From: an uncultured Gemmatimonadales bacterium
GTDB lineage: Bacteria > Gemmatimonadota > Gemmatimonadetes > Gemmatimonadales > GWC2-71-9
NCBI GenBank assembly: GCA_963795085.1
Contig: CAWCFX010000004.1
Span: 713,072-777,071 of the forward strand
Length of the DNA stretch: 64,000 nt
Direction: 5' to 3'
A model generated the notes under the pieces. It did no database searches. It saw nothing but the letters and a program-made list of their open reading frames with translations, and was not told where the DNA came from. Each line of letters starts with the position of its first letter. Position 1 is the stretch's first letter. A program made the translations under genes and the position numbers. Of this stretch, positions 9,656-19,238 are shown one piece after another.

Positions 9656-12301
9656 GCTCCGGCCCAGCCGAGCCCCGAGCGCGCGCGCCTCCAGCGTTCG
9701 GGCATGACCCGCTCCGTATCCGCGCGTCAGGGCGGCAATGGCGCGATCGAGATCCATCGCGACCCGGGACGTGTCGCCTCTCGCCCGCCTCGCCTCCGCA
9801 CCCACCAGCAGCGCATAACCGATGATCCCGCTTTCGCCCTCGAGGTGCCCCTCCCCGCGGGCCAGCCGGAGGGCATGGGCCGAGAGCGTGTCGGCCGCGA
9901 CCGCATCGCCGTCCTGCCGCGCCATGATGGCGGCGTCGAGGACCAGGTTGGCGAAATGGGTGGTGCTGCGGCCCCGCCCGGGGAACCCCCGCGCAATCAA
10001 CACGTCCAGGTAGCGCCGGCGGGCTTCCTTTCCTTGCCCTTCGGCGAAGAGCAGCCGGGCGCCGAGGAGGTCGCGGCGCCAGGTCAGTCGGGGGGGGAGC
10101 ACGGTGTCCAGCGCCTGCAGATACTCCCGGGCATCCTGAAGCCGTCCCCGCTCTATCAGTACTGGAATCAAAGCGGTCAGCGCGCGCAGCTGATACGGCG
10201 CATCGTTACGAGCCCGGCTCTCGGCCAGCCCCCGGTTCAGGGTGGCCAGCGCGGAATCGGTCTGCCCCAGGTCGGCTGCCAGGCCGCCCGCGAACAGCGT
10301 TACATAGGTGGGCACCCGCCGCTCCGGGTCTATGCCGCCGGCCAGGTCCACCACCCCTCTGAGCGTGGCGTCCGCGTTTCGCTTCTCGCCCAGCCAGGAC
10401 AGGAGGCTCGCCTCGTTGTGACGTTCGACCACCATGTTGAGGGTGGATCCCCGCCCGGTCTGCTGCAGGGCGCGAATCAGCTCACGGGTCTTGACCAGCG
10501 CCTCCCGCACCTGGCCGTCGTCGTGGAGGGCCCGGGCCAGTTCGTTCACCGCCCCCAGGTGGGCGGATGACAGGGTGTCGCCGGCGGCCTGCCCCAGCGC
10601 AATCGCCGCGCCGGCGCTCGCGACCGCGGATTCGGTATCGCCCAGGAACCGGGAGAGGGCCGACCGGGCCCTCAGGCACTGGACCCGGGGCGTAATGATC
10701 TCGGCCGACAGGCTTTCGATATATCCGGTGGCCCGGGCCAGGTGCCCTTCCGCCCCCGGGACATCGCCATCGTCGGCGGCGCTCTTCGCCAGCCGGCAGG
10801 CTGCCAGGGCCGCGGTTTCCTGGTCGCCGGAGGCGAGCGCCAGGGTTTCGCCCCGGGTAAGGAGGGGAAGCTCTCGTTCCCGGTCGTGCAATTCGAAATA
10901 GTGCCCGGCCAGCTCGACCATCATCTGGCCGGTAAACCGGGGATTCTGTGCGGCATTCTGCTCCAGCATCCGGCGGGTGTGGTCGAGCATTTCCTGCATC
11001 GTGTACGCCTGGCCGGTCGGCGCGATGTTCTGGAGGAGAAACTCCATCAGGGCGAGGGACGCGGCGGCTCGCCGGTCGTGGTACACCGCGATGTCCCGCT
11101 GGGTGCGGGCCTCGTCGCGCTGGGTGCGGGCTTCGCCCATCTGGACCAGCGAGAAGGCGGTCGCGCCGACCAGCCCGAGCAGCACGGCGGCGACAGTGAT
11201 GACCGCGGTGCGGTTCCGGCGGATGAACTTGGCCCCCCGGTGCCACACCGAATAGGCCCGGGCGCTGACCGGCTCCCGCCGGAGGTAGCTGCCCAGGTCG
11301 GACGCAAAGGCGCCGACCGTCTGGTAGCGCTCGGCGGGCGGCTTCCGGAGCGCCTTGCCGACCACGTTGCCGAGATCGCCCAGCCCGAGGGGGGCCGGGT
11401 CGCGCTCCAGCACGGCACTCACCGCCTCGGACTGGCTGCGCGAGGGTTCGCTGGTGGGGTGGCGGCCGGCGATGAGGACATACAGGAGCACGCCCAGCGC
11501 ATAGACGTCGGTCGCGGTGGTGAGCGTCTCGCCCCGGATCTGTTCCGGCGCCGCGAAATCCGGAGTGAAAACCCGGCCGCCTTCGAGGGTCAGCGCGGTG
11601 CGGTCGCCACCCGACTCATCGTCCAGCAGCTTGGCAATGCCGAAATCGAGCAGCTTTACCTGGCCGGCCGGGGTCACCAGGATATTGGACGGCTTGAGGT
11701 CGCGGTGGACGATCAGGTTGGCGTGGGCATGCTCCACCGCGTCCAGCACCTGCAGGAAGAGCCGGATGCGGCCATCCAGCGACAGGTCCATGTCCTGGAC
11801 GAAGCGGTCAATCGGTTTCCCCTCGACATGCTCGAGGACCAGGTAAGGCTGTCCGCTCTCGCTTACCCCCGCGTCCAGCAGCCGCGCGATGCCGGGATGC
11901 GTCAGCCGGGCCAGCACCGAGCCCTCCCGGTGAAACCGTTCCTGCCCGGTCGGGCTCACCAACCCCAGGTTCAGGATCTTGACCGCGGACGCGCCCTCGA
12001 ACTGGCCGTCCGCCCGGTGAGCCAGCCACACCGTCCCCATGCCCCCCTGGCCCAGCAGCCGGTCCAGCCGGTACGCCCCCAGCTGCATGCCTTCCAGGGT
12101 GCCGCCCGGCGGCGCGGTCAAGAACCCCCGCCGGTCGGCGTCCGACTCTTCGGCGAGGATGGCGACGATCTGCGCGCCCAGTTCCGGGGAGCGGGTGCAC
12201 AGGTCCCGGACCCACGCGCTCCGCTCCTCTGGATTGAGATCGAGCGCGTGGTCCAGCAGCGGCTCCAGTTCCTGCCAGGTGTTCCCGGGAAAGAGCGACA
12301 T
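9638..12301 (-). CDS. Membrane Ser/Thr protein kinase with C-terminal TPR-like helical domain
   Basis: LGQGGMGTV, AVK, HRDLKPSN, DFG and APE motifs; one TM segment; helical C-terminus. Confidence 0.92.
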   Translation of the reverse strand: MSLFPGNTWQELEPLLDHALDLNPEERSAWVRDLCTRSPELGAQIVAILAEESDADRRGFLTAPPGGTLEGMQLGAYRLDRLLGQGGMGTVWLAHRADGQFEGASAVKILNLGLVSPTGQERFHREGSVLARLTHPGIARLLDAGVSESGQPYLVLEHVEGKPIDRFVQDMDLSLDGRIRLFLQVLDAVEHAHANLIVHRDLKPSNILVTPAGQVKLLDFGIAKLLDDESGGDRTALTLEGGRVFTPDFAAPEQIRGETLTTATDVYALGVLLYVLIAGRHPTSEPSRSQSEAVSAVLERDPAPLGLGDLGNVVGKALRKPPAERYQTVGAFASDLGSYLRREPVSARAYSVWHRGAKFIRRNRTAVITVAAVLLGLVGATAFSLVQMGEARTQRDEARTQRDIAVYHDRRAAASLALMEFLLQNIAPTGQAYTMQEMLDHTRRMLEQNAAQNPRFTGQMMVELAGHYFELHDRERELPLLTRGETLALASGDQETAALAACRLAKSAADDGDVPGAEGHLARATGYIESLSAEIITPRVQCLRARSALSRFLGDTESAVASAGAAIALGQAAGDTLSSAHLGAVNELARALHDDGQVREALVKTRELIRALQQTGRGSTLNMVVERHNEASLLSWLGEKRNADATLRGVVDLAGGIDPERRVPTYVTLFAGGLAADLGQTDSALATLNRGLAESRARNDAPYQLRALTALIPVLIERGRLQDAREYLQALDTVLPPRLTWRRDLLGARLLFAEGQGKEARRRYLDVLIARGFPGRGRSTTHFANLVLDAAIMARQDGDAVAADTLSAHALRLARGEGHLEGESGIIGYALLVGAEARRARGDTSRVAMDLDRAIAALTRGYGAGHARTLEARALGARLGRSLVSGQ

Positions 12302-12312
12302 GTATCCGTTCA

Positions 12313-12374
12313 ATCGAAAGTCCCGCGACCCGCACGACAGGCCCGCCTGTCAGGAGGCCGGGGTGGAATACGAT
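12313..12374. promoter_or_regulatory. Pair of divergent TGTC-N19-CGAT motifs (candidate ECF promoters)
   Basis: + strand TGTC 12348-12351 and CGAT 12371-12374; - strand TGTC 12339-12336 and CGAT 12316-12313; identical 19-nt spacing. Confidence 0.45.
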
Positions 12375-12423
12375 ATAGGCAGGGAGGGGACAACTCAACC
12401 CAACATCCGATGGCAGGTACCCC

Positions 12424-13797
12424 ATGCTTCGTCTCCCGCGTCACCTCCCGTGGTTGGTTGCTATCTCGTTCGCATCATTGAGTTTGGCCGCATGCTCGGA
12501 GGACGATCGCCAGTCCGCCACCGCCCCGGACCTGGCCGCCGCCCACGCCCTGAGCCTGCCCGACTCGGTTCGGGCGCTGGCCGCCGGCCGGGGGATCGGG
12601 CCGCTGCCGACCCCCTCCACCGTTCGTCCGGCCCTGGTCCGGCTGGGCCAGTTTCTCGCGTTCGACAAGATTCTCTCCGGCAACCGGGACATCGCCTGCA
12701 TGACCTGCCACATGGCCGAATTCGGGACCGGCGATGGACGGAGTCTTTCGGTTGGCCAGGGCGCGAGCGGGCTGGGGAAACGCCGCAACCACCCCCAGGG
12801 GCTCTTCATTCCCAGGAACGCACCGCCCCTCTTCAACATGACCGCCCTCACCACACTGTTCTGGGACGGGCGGGTAACCACGGACAATCTGGGGAACTTT
12901 CACACCCCGGCTGGTGCCGAGCTGACTGCGGAGATGGCCGGTGTGTTCGAGTTCGGGCCGCTGTCCGCGCTGCCATTGTTCCCGGTGCTCTCCCGCGAAG
13001 AGATGCGGGCGTTCAGCGGCAACGAGCTGGCTGACGTGCCGGACGCCGACCTGCAGGGAACCTGGTCCCTGCTGATGCAGCGGCTGGGGGCGATACCGCA
13101 ATACCGGGCCCTGTTCGAGGCCGCCTATCCGGGAACCGCATTCGACGACATGACCTTCGCACATGCCAGCAACGCTATCGCGGGGTTCATCATCCAGAAG
13201 CTCAACTTCAGCAACACACCGTGGGACCGCTTCCTGGCTGGAAACGACCGGGCCATGAACGAGCGACAGCTGGAAGGAGCCCGGCTCTTCATGGAACTGC
13301 GCTGCTCCATCTGCCACAACGGCCCGGCCTTCACCGATAACCAGTTCCATAACGTGGCGCTGGCCCAGTTCGGCCCCGGCAAGGGCAATGGCCCGGGGCT
13401 GAACGACGATTTCGGGCGGATGAACGTGGATGGCCGCCCGGAGTCGCAGTACGCCTTCCGAACCACGCCGCTGCGCAACGTGGTGCTCTCGGCGCCGTAC
13501 GGGCACGATGGGGCCTTCTTCAGCCTCCGGGACTTCATCGGGCACTACAGCGAGTCCGACCTCAAGCTGCGGGCCTTCGATCCCATGGGCCTGGAGCAGC
13601 TTCTCCAGGGCACCCTGCTGGCCAACGCGGACGCCATCCTGGCCACTCGGGATACTATCCTTGATGGCGTGGTTATCCCCGATGCCCTGGTGGACCAGCT
13701 GGTTGATTTCATGTCCGCCCTGACCGACGACCCGCGAAACTACCCCAGCGTGGTGCCGAAAAAGGTGCCGAGCGGGTTGCCGGTGGACGCACCTTAA
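12424..13797 (+). CDS. Di-heme cytochrome c peroxidase / MauG family lipoprotein
   Basis: Lipobox LAAC; two CxxCH motifs (CMTCH, CSICH); RNAP, LFWDGR, FRTTPLRNV..SAPYGHDG. Confidence 0.9.
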   Translation: MLRLPRHLPWLVAISFASLSLAACSEDDRQSATAPDLAAAHALSLPDSVRALAAGRGIGPLPTPSTVRPALVRLGQFLAFDKILSGNRDIACMTCHMAEFGTGDGRSLSVGQGASGLGKRRNHPQGLFIPRNAPPLFNMTALTTLFWDGRVTTDNLGNFHTPAGAELTAEMAGVFEFGPLSALPLFPVLSREEMRAFSGNELADVPDADLQGTWSLLMQRLGAIPQYRALFEAAYPGTAFDDMTFAHASNAIAGFIIQKLNFSNTPWDRFLAGNDRAMNERQLEGARLFMELRCSICHNGPAFTDNQFHNVALAQFGPGKGNGPGLNDDFGRMNVDGRPESQYAFRTTPLRNVVLSAPYGHDGAFFSLRDFIGHYSESDLKLRAFDPMGLEQLLQGTLLANADAILATRDTILDGVVIPDALVDQLVDFMSALTDDPRNYPSVVPKKVPSGLPVDAP

Positions 13798-13807
13798 ACA
13801 CGGCGTA

Positions 13808-13885
13808 AGACAGGGCGGTATATCAGGGCGGTAAGACAGGGCGGTAAGACAGGGCGGTATAACAGGGCGGTATAACAGGGCGGTA
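13808..13885 (+). repeat. 13-mer tandem array (WRWCAGGGCGGTA) x6
   Basis: Six consecutive 13-bp units starting 11 bp after the stop codon. Confidence 0.95.
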
Positions 13886-13894
13886 TGACTCCAA

Positions 13895-14029
13895 TGACCC
13901 ACTGTCCCACTGTCCCACTGACCCACTGTCCCACTGTCCCACTGACCCACTGTCCCACTGTCCCACTGACCCACTGTCCCACTGTCCCACTGTCCCACTG
14001 CCCCACTGACCCACTGACCCACTGACCCA
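13895..14029 (-). repeat. 8-mer tandem array TG(A/T)CCCAC x17 (GTGGGACA on - strand)
   Basis: Read directly; ends about 12 bp before the cupin ATG. Confidence 0.95.
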
Positions 14030-14040
14030 AGGATCTCTGC

Positions 14041-14487
14041 ATGCGAACTCAGCTTTTTTCTCTTCTTTTCCTGGGCGCCGCGGCGCCCCTTATGGCCCAG
14101 GCGCACGCTCCCGAGGTCAAATGGGGCCCGGCGCCGACGGTGTTCGCCCCAGGAGCCCGGCTTGCCGTGCTGCACGGGGATCCTTCCGGCACCGGCGAAT
14201 TCACCGTCCGGCTCGAGCTGCCGGGTGGCTACTTCATCGCCCCCCATTCCCACCCCGGCAACGAGCACGTCACGGTTATTTCCGGGCTGCTCCGGGTAGG
14301 GATGGGCGATGCCGAGGATATTGCCAAGACCATGGTATTCAAGCCGGGCGAGTTCGGCAGCATTCCCGGGGAGATGCCCCACTATGCGCGGGCGCTCGAA
14401 AAGACCGTCGTCCAGATCCACGGCGTCGGGCCGCTGGGGCTGACCTACGTGCATCCCAAGGACGATCCACGAACGGCGGGGCAATAG
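14041..14487 (+). CDS. Secreted cupin-domain protein (DUF4437-like)
   Basis: Signal peptide; PHSHPGNEHVTVISG and PHYA cupin motifs. Confidence 0.85.
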   Translation: MRTQLFSLLFLGAAAPLMAQAHAPEVKWGPAPTVFAPGARLAVLHGDPSGTGEFTVRLELPGGYFIAPHSHPGNEHVTVISGLLRVGMGDAEDIAKTMVFKPGEFGSIPGEMPHYARALEKTVVQIHGVGPLGLTYVHPKDDPRTAGQ

Positions 14488-14597
14488 ACATCAGCGGACA
14501 AACCGGGCGGGTGTAACGGGCGGGCCATTTACTGATATTCCGGCCCGCCCGTTTGCTCGCCCTTTACGCCGGTCTGCGAGGCGGTTCAATTCTGGGC

Positions 14598-17500
14598 ATG
14601 GCTACTCCATTCCCCCAGTCGGCGGGTCAGCGGCCCGACCGTGCCGGGCCGGCCATGCGCGACCTGATCGACGCCTTTGACTGGCCGTCTTCCCCGCTGG
14701 GCCCCCGGGATACCTGGCCTCAGAGCCTTCGTACCACCGTCGATCTCGTGCTCGCCTCCGGGTTCCCGATGTATGTCTCCTGGGGCCCCGACTACATCCA
14801 GCTCTACAACGACGCCTTCCGGCCGATCCTCGGCAGTACCAAGCATCCCGAGGCCCTGGGCAACAGTTCCCGGCTCACCTTCCATGAAATCTGGGACGTG
14901 ATAGGCCCCATGTTCGAGGAGGTCAAGGCCAGCGGCAAGGCGACGACGCAGGCCGATGCCATGATGCCGCTGGACCGGCACGGATTCCTCGAGGAATGTT
15001 ACTTCACCTTTTCCTACAGCGCGATCACCGCGGAAGGCGGAAAGGCGGGCGGTGTGCTGGTGACCTGCACCGAGACGACGGAGCAGGTCCTGAGCGAGCG
15101 GCACCTGCGGACCCTGCGGGACCTGGGCAGCGTGTCCGCGCGGGCCCGCAGCACCGCGGAGGCCTGCGCCCTCAGCGTCGAAACCCTGGCGCTCAACCCC
15201 CACGACGTCCCCTTCACGCTGCTTTACCTGGTCGACCACCAGGCCCGCCGGGCCCATCTGGCCGGGAGCGCCGGCCTGGCGGCTGCCTCGCCGGTCGCGC
15301 CCTTGTCGGTGGATCTCTCTCCGGGTACCTCGGCCTGGCCCCTGTGCCAGGCGGCCGAATCCGGACAGCGGCTTCCCGTCGAGTGTCCGCCTGGCCTCTT
15401 CGGCGCGCTCCCCGGGGGGCCCTGGCCGGAACCTGCCCATCGGGCGGTCGTGCTGCCGGTCGCAGGGACCGGCGACGAGGCGCTCGCCGGCCTGCTCATC
15501 ACCGGCGTGAGTGCCCGGCGCCCCCTCGACGACAGCTATCTCCGCTTTCTCGACCTGGTCGCCGGAAACATCTCCACCGCCATCGGCAATGCCCGCGCCT
15601 ATGAAACCGAGCGGCGGCGCGCCGAGTCGCTGGCCGAACTGGACCGGGCCAAAACGGCGTTCTTCTCCAATGTGTCCCACGAGTTCCGGACCCCGCTCAC
15701 CCTCCAGCTGGGTCCCATCGAGGACGTCCTGGCCGACGCGGAGCATCCGGTGGATCCGGTCAATCGGAACCGGCTGGAAATGGCGCACCGCAACAGCCTG
15801 CGGCTGCTCAAGCTGGTCAACACGCTGCTCGATTTTTCCCGGATCGAGGCCGGCCGGGCCGATGCCGCCTACGAGCCGACCGATCTCGCCGCGCTGACGC
15901 GCGACCTGGCCAGCAGCTTCCGGTCGACGATGGACCGGGCCGGCCTCGCGTTCGTCGTCGAGTGCGAGCCGCTGCTTTACGAAATGTTCGTGGACCGGGA
16001 GATGTACGAGAAGATCGTGCTCAACCTGCTGTCCAATGCCTTCAAGTTCACCCTGCAAGGACAGGTCTCGGTCTCGCTTCGCCAAGACCAGGGGGCGGCG
16101 TGCCTGGAGGTCCGCGACACCGGGGTCGGCATTCCTGCCGATTCGCTCCCCCGGATGTTCGAACGGTTCCACCGGATCAAGGGGCAGGGCGGGCGGACCC
16201 AGGAGGGCAGCGGGATCGGCCTGGCCCTGGTCCAGGAGCTGGTCAAGCTGCACCACGGGCGCATCGACGTCGAGAGCGAGCCGGGCCGGGGATCGACCTT
16301 CCGGGTTTTCCTGCCGGCCGGCTCCTCGCACCTGCCTCCCGACCGCATCGGTGGCCGGAAGAGTCTCGACGCCACCACGCTGCGCGCCGAGCACTTTCTC
16401 GAGGAGGCGCTGCGCTGGTTGCCGGAGGGTGACCGGGCGTCTCGCCCCCTCGCTCCCCCCGCGGCGCGAACCGCCCCCAGTCCCCCGCCGGTCGACGGCG
16501 ATGTCGTCTTCGTGGTCGACGACAACGCGGACATGCGCGACTATCTCGGGCACCTGCTGGGGGGCCGCTACGCGATCCGGGCCTTCAACCGCGGCGACGC
16601 GGCCCTCGAGGCGGCGCGCGCCGATCCACCCGGCCTGGTCGTCAGCGATGTCATGATGCCGGGACTCGACGGGTTCGGGTTGCTGCGCGAGCTTCGCGCC
16701 GATGCCCGGACCGGCTCGGTCCCGGTCATACTGCTCTCCGCTCGCGCCGGCGAGGAAGCGCGGGTCGAAGCCCTGGCCGCCGGGGCGGACGACCACATGG
16801 TGAAGCCTTTTCTCGCCCGTGAGCTGCTGGCGCGGGTGGACGCGCACGTCGCCCTGGGACGCGCGCGGCTGGAGGCGCGGGAACGAGAGACCACCCTGCG
16901 CACCCAGGCGGAGAGCGATCGCCGCCGGCTACGCGAGTTCATCCAGCAGGCCCCGGCGTCCATCCTCATCGTGCGGGGTCCCGGCCACATCGTCGAACTG
17001 GTCAACCGGAACGCCGCCATCGCGACTGGCCGGCCGCCCGAAGCCCTGGTGGGCCGGCCCCTGACGGAAGCGCTGCCGGAGGTTGCCCAGCAGAAGTACG
17101 CCGCGTTGCTGGACCGGGTCTACCGGACCGGCGAGCCCCACGCCGAGCGGGATGCCCGGCTGCGGATCAGTCCCGGCGAAGGGCGAGACGATTACGATAT
17201 CTATTTCGACTACGTCTACCAGCCGCTCAAGGACGCCGATGGCCAGGTGACCGGCATCCTGCTGCACGGGGTGGACGTCACCGACCGGGTCCGGGCCCGG
17301 ACCCAGACCGAGGCGAGTCAGGCCCAACTCCGGCTGGTCACCGACGCCCTGCCCGGCCTGGTGACGTACATGGACCGGGAGTACCGATACCATTTCAGCA
17401 ACCAGGCCTACCGCCACTGGTTTGGCATCGACCCGGCATCCATGATCGGCCGGACCGCCAGCGAGATCTTCGGCGCGGCCCAGTTTGCCCAGCGGCAAGG

Positions 17501-19205
17501 GTTCGTTGACCAGGCGCTCAAGGGCCAGTCCACGGTCTTCGAGGGCCCGGTGGAGACGCCGGCCGGTGTGCGCCATATCCGCGTCGTCATGGTGCCCGAC
17601 CGGGGCCCCGACGGCGAGGTCCGCGGCATCGTCACCCTGAGTACAGATGTCTCGGAACAGCTGGCGGCGGCGGCGGCGTTACGCCGGAGCGAAGAACGCT
17701 ACCGCCTGGTCGCCCAGGCCACCCGCGAGGCCATCTGGGACTGGGACCTCGGCCGCGGGGCGATGGAATGGAACGAAGGCGTCCGCCTCCTCTTCGGGTA
17801 CGATCCTGCCGACGTGGTGGAAACGGCCGCGTGGAAACGGGACCGCGTCCACCCGGGCGACCGGGAACAGTTCGACCGCAGCTTTGACGCCCTGCTGGTC
17901 ACCGGGAGCCGGCATTGGCAGGAGGAGTACCGGTTCCGCCGGAAGGACGACAGTTACGCCATCGTCAGCGACCAGGCCTACGTCATCCATGATGAGGCGG
18001 GCCGGCCTGCCCGGGTGCTGGGGACCATGTCCGATATTACCGAGCAGCGGAATACCGAGCAGCAGTTGCGGCAGGCCCAGCGCATGCAGGCGATCGGCAA
18101 GCTGGCGGGGGGGATCGCGCACGAGGTCAACAACCAGATGACGGCGGTGCTGGGATTCAGCGAGTTTGCGCTTCGCCAGGTGGGCGACGCGGTGGTCCGC
18201 CGCGACATCCAGCAGATCATCAAGGCCGGGACCCGGGCCGCCTCCATTACCCAGCAGCTGCTTGCCTTCAGCCGGCAGCAGGTCCTCCAGCCGCAGGTGC
18301 TTCGGCTGAACGACGTGATCGACGGCCTGGCGCCCATATTCCGCCAACTGCTGGGCGCCGACCTCCAGCTGGACCTTCACCTGCTCCCCGACACCGGACA
18401 GGTGCGGGTGGACCGGAACCAGCTGGAGCAGGTGCTCATCAACCTCGGCCTCAACGCCCGCGATGCGACCCCCAGCGGCGGCACTCTCACCATCACCACC
18501 GAACGGCTGCTGGTAGGAGACCGGGAGGGGCGGGTCCCCGGCTGGTACGCCATGATCCGGATGACGGATACCGGAACGGGGATGGATGCCGCGACCCTGG
18601 CCCAGGCTTTCGAACCGTTCTTTACGACCAAGGCGGTAGGCAAGGGGAGCGGTCTTGGGCTCTCGACCGTGTACGGGATCATTACCCAGAGCGGCGGCTT
18701 CGTGGAGCTGGAGAGCGATATGGGCCGGGGCACCGAAGTGCGGGTGTTCCTGCCCAGCCACGCCGGACCGGCCACCGCGGCGGGAGATGAGGAAAGCCGG
18801 TCCCTGCCCAGCCAGGGTGAGCGCATCCTGGTCGTGGAAGACGAAGAGAGCGTTCGCTTGCTGATTGGCCGGTCGCTGCTGGAGGCAGGCTACCAGGTGG
18901 CGAGTGCGGAGAGCGGCGAGGCGGCGCTCGACCTGGCCGCCGCGCAGGAGCCCGACCTCGTCATTTGCGACCTCGTCATGCCAGGCCTGAGCGGCCGGGA
19001 AGTGGGTGAGCGGATCGCGGCCATCGGTCCCCGCATCCCGGTGCTCTATATCTCGGGGTACCCGGGCGAGGAAGTCATGCAGCGGGGATTGCTGCCCGAG
19101 GGAGCGGCCCTGTTGCAGAAGCCGTTTACCCCCGGACAGCTGGCCCAGCGGGTGCGGGAAGTGCTGGACGGCATTGGAGAGCCGGGCGAGAGGACCCGGC
19201 GTTAG
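14598..19205 (+). CDS. Multi-sensor hybrid histidine kinase: PAS/GAF-HisKA-HATPase-REC-PAS x3-HisKA-HATPase-REC
   Basis: SHEFRTPL and AHEVNN H-boxes; two sets of N/G boxes (NAFKFT, DTGVGI, GSGIGL; NARDA, DTGTGM, GSGLGL); receivers VVDD..SDVMMP..KPF and VVEDE..DLVMP..KPF. Confidence 0.92.
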   Translation: MATPFPQSAGQRPDRAGPAMRDLIDAFDWPSSPLGPRDTWPQSLRTTVDLVLASGFPMYVSWGPDYIQLYNDAFRPILGSTKHPEALGNSSRLTFHEIWDVIGPMFEEVKASGKATTQADAMMPLDRHGFLEECYFTFSYSAITAEGGKAGGVLVTCTETTEQVLSERHLRTLRDLGSVSARARSTAEACALSVETLALNPHDVPFTLLYLVDHQARRAHLAGSAGLAAASPVAPLSVDLSPGTSAWPLCQAAESGQRLPVECPPGLFGALPGGPWPEPAHRAVVLPVAGTGDEALAGLLITGVSARRPLDDSYLRFLDLVAGNISTAIGNARAYETERRRAESLAELDRAKTAFFSNVSHEFRTPLTLQLGPIEDVLADAEHPVDPVNRNRLEMAHRNSLRLLKLVNTLLDFSRIEAGRADAAYEPTDLAALTRDLASSFRSTMDRAGLAFVVECEPLLYEMFVDREMYEKIVLNLLSNAFKFTLQGQVSVSLRQDQGAACLEVRDTGVGIPADSLPRMFERFHRIKGQGGRTQEGSGIGLALVQELVKLHHGRIDVESEPGRGSTFRVFLPAGSSHLPPDRIGGRKSLDATTLRAEHFLEEALRWLPEGDRASRPLAPPAARTAPSPPPVDGDVVFVVDDNADMRDYLGHLLGGRYAIRAFNRGDAALEAARADPPGLVVSDVMMPGLDGFGLLRELRADARTGSVPVILLSARAGEEARVEALAAGADDHMVKPFLARELLARVDAHVALGRARLEARERETTLRTQAESDRRRLREFIQQAPASILIVRGPGHIVELVNRNAAIATGRPPEALVGRPLTEALPEVAQQKYAALLDRVYRTGEPHAERDARLRISPGEGRDDYDIYFDYVYQPLKDADGQVTGILLHGVDVTDRVRARTQTEASQAQLRLVTDALPGLVTYMDREYRYHFSNQAYRHWFGIDPASMIGRTASEIFGAAQFAQRQGFVDQALKGQSTVFEGPVETPAGVRHIRVVMVPDRGPDGEVRGIVTLSTDVSEQLAAAAALRRSEERYRLVAQATREAIWDWDLGRGAMEWNEGVRLLFGYDPADVVETAAWKRDRVHPGDREQFDRSFDALLVTGSRHWQEEYRFRRKDDSYAIVSDQAYVIHDEAGRPARVLGTMSDITEQRNTEQQLRQAQRMQAIGKLAGGIAHEVNNQMTAVLGFSEFALRQVGDAVVRRDIQQIIKAGTRAASITQQLLAFSRQQVLQPQVLRLNDVIDGLAPIFRQLLGADLQLDLHLLPDTGQVRVDRNQLEQVLINLGLNARDATPSGGTLTITTERLLVGDREGRVPGWYAMIRMTDTGTGMDAATLAQAFEPFFTTKAVGKGSGLGLSTVYGIITQSGGFVELESDMGRGTEVRVFLPSHAGPATAAGDEESRSLPSQGERILVVEDEESVRLLIGRSLLEAGYQVASAESGEAALDLAAAQEPDLVICDLVMPGLSGREVGERIAAIGPRIPVLYISGYPGEEVMQRGLLPEGAALLQKPFTPGQLAQRVREVLDGIGEPGERTRR

Positions 19206-19238
19206 CGTGCGCAGGGTCCCGCCCACCTGCCCGACTCT

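Noticed and set aside
12475..19226. Long antisense ORFs (12475-14484, 14586-16847, 17679-19226) and similar ones elsewhere (4902-6530, 10742-12481, 45327-47165, 47966-49825)
   Set aside because: Shadow ORFs expected in high-GC coding DNA; they lie opposite well-supported genes and lack motifs
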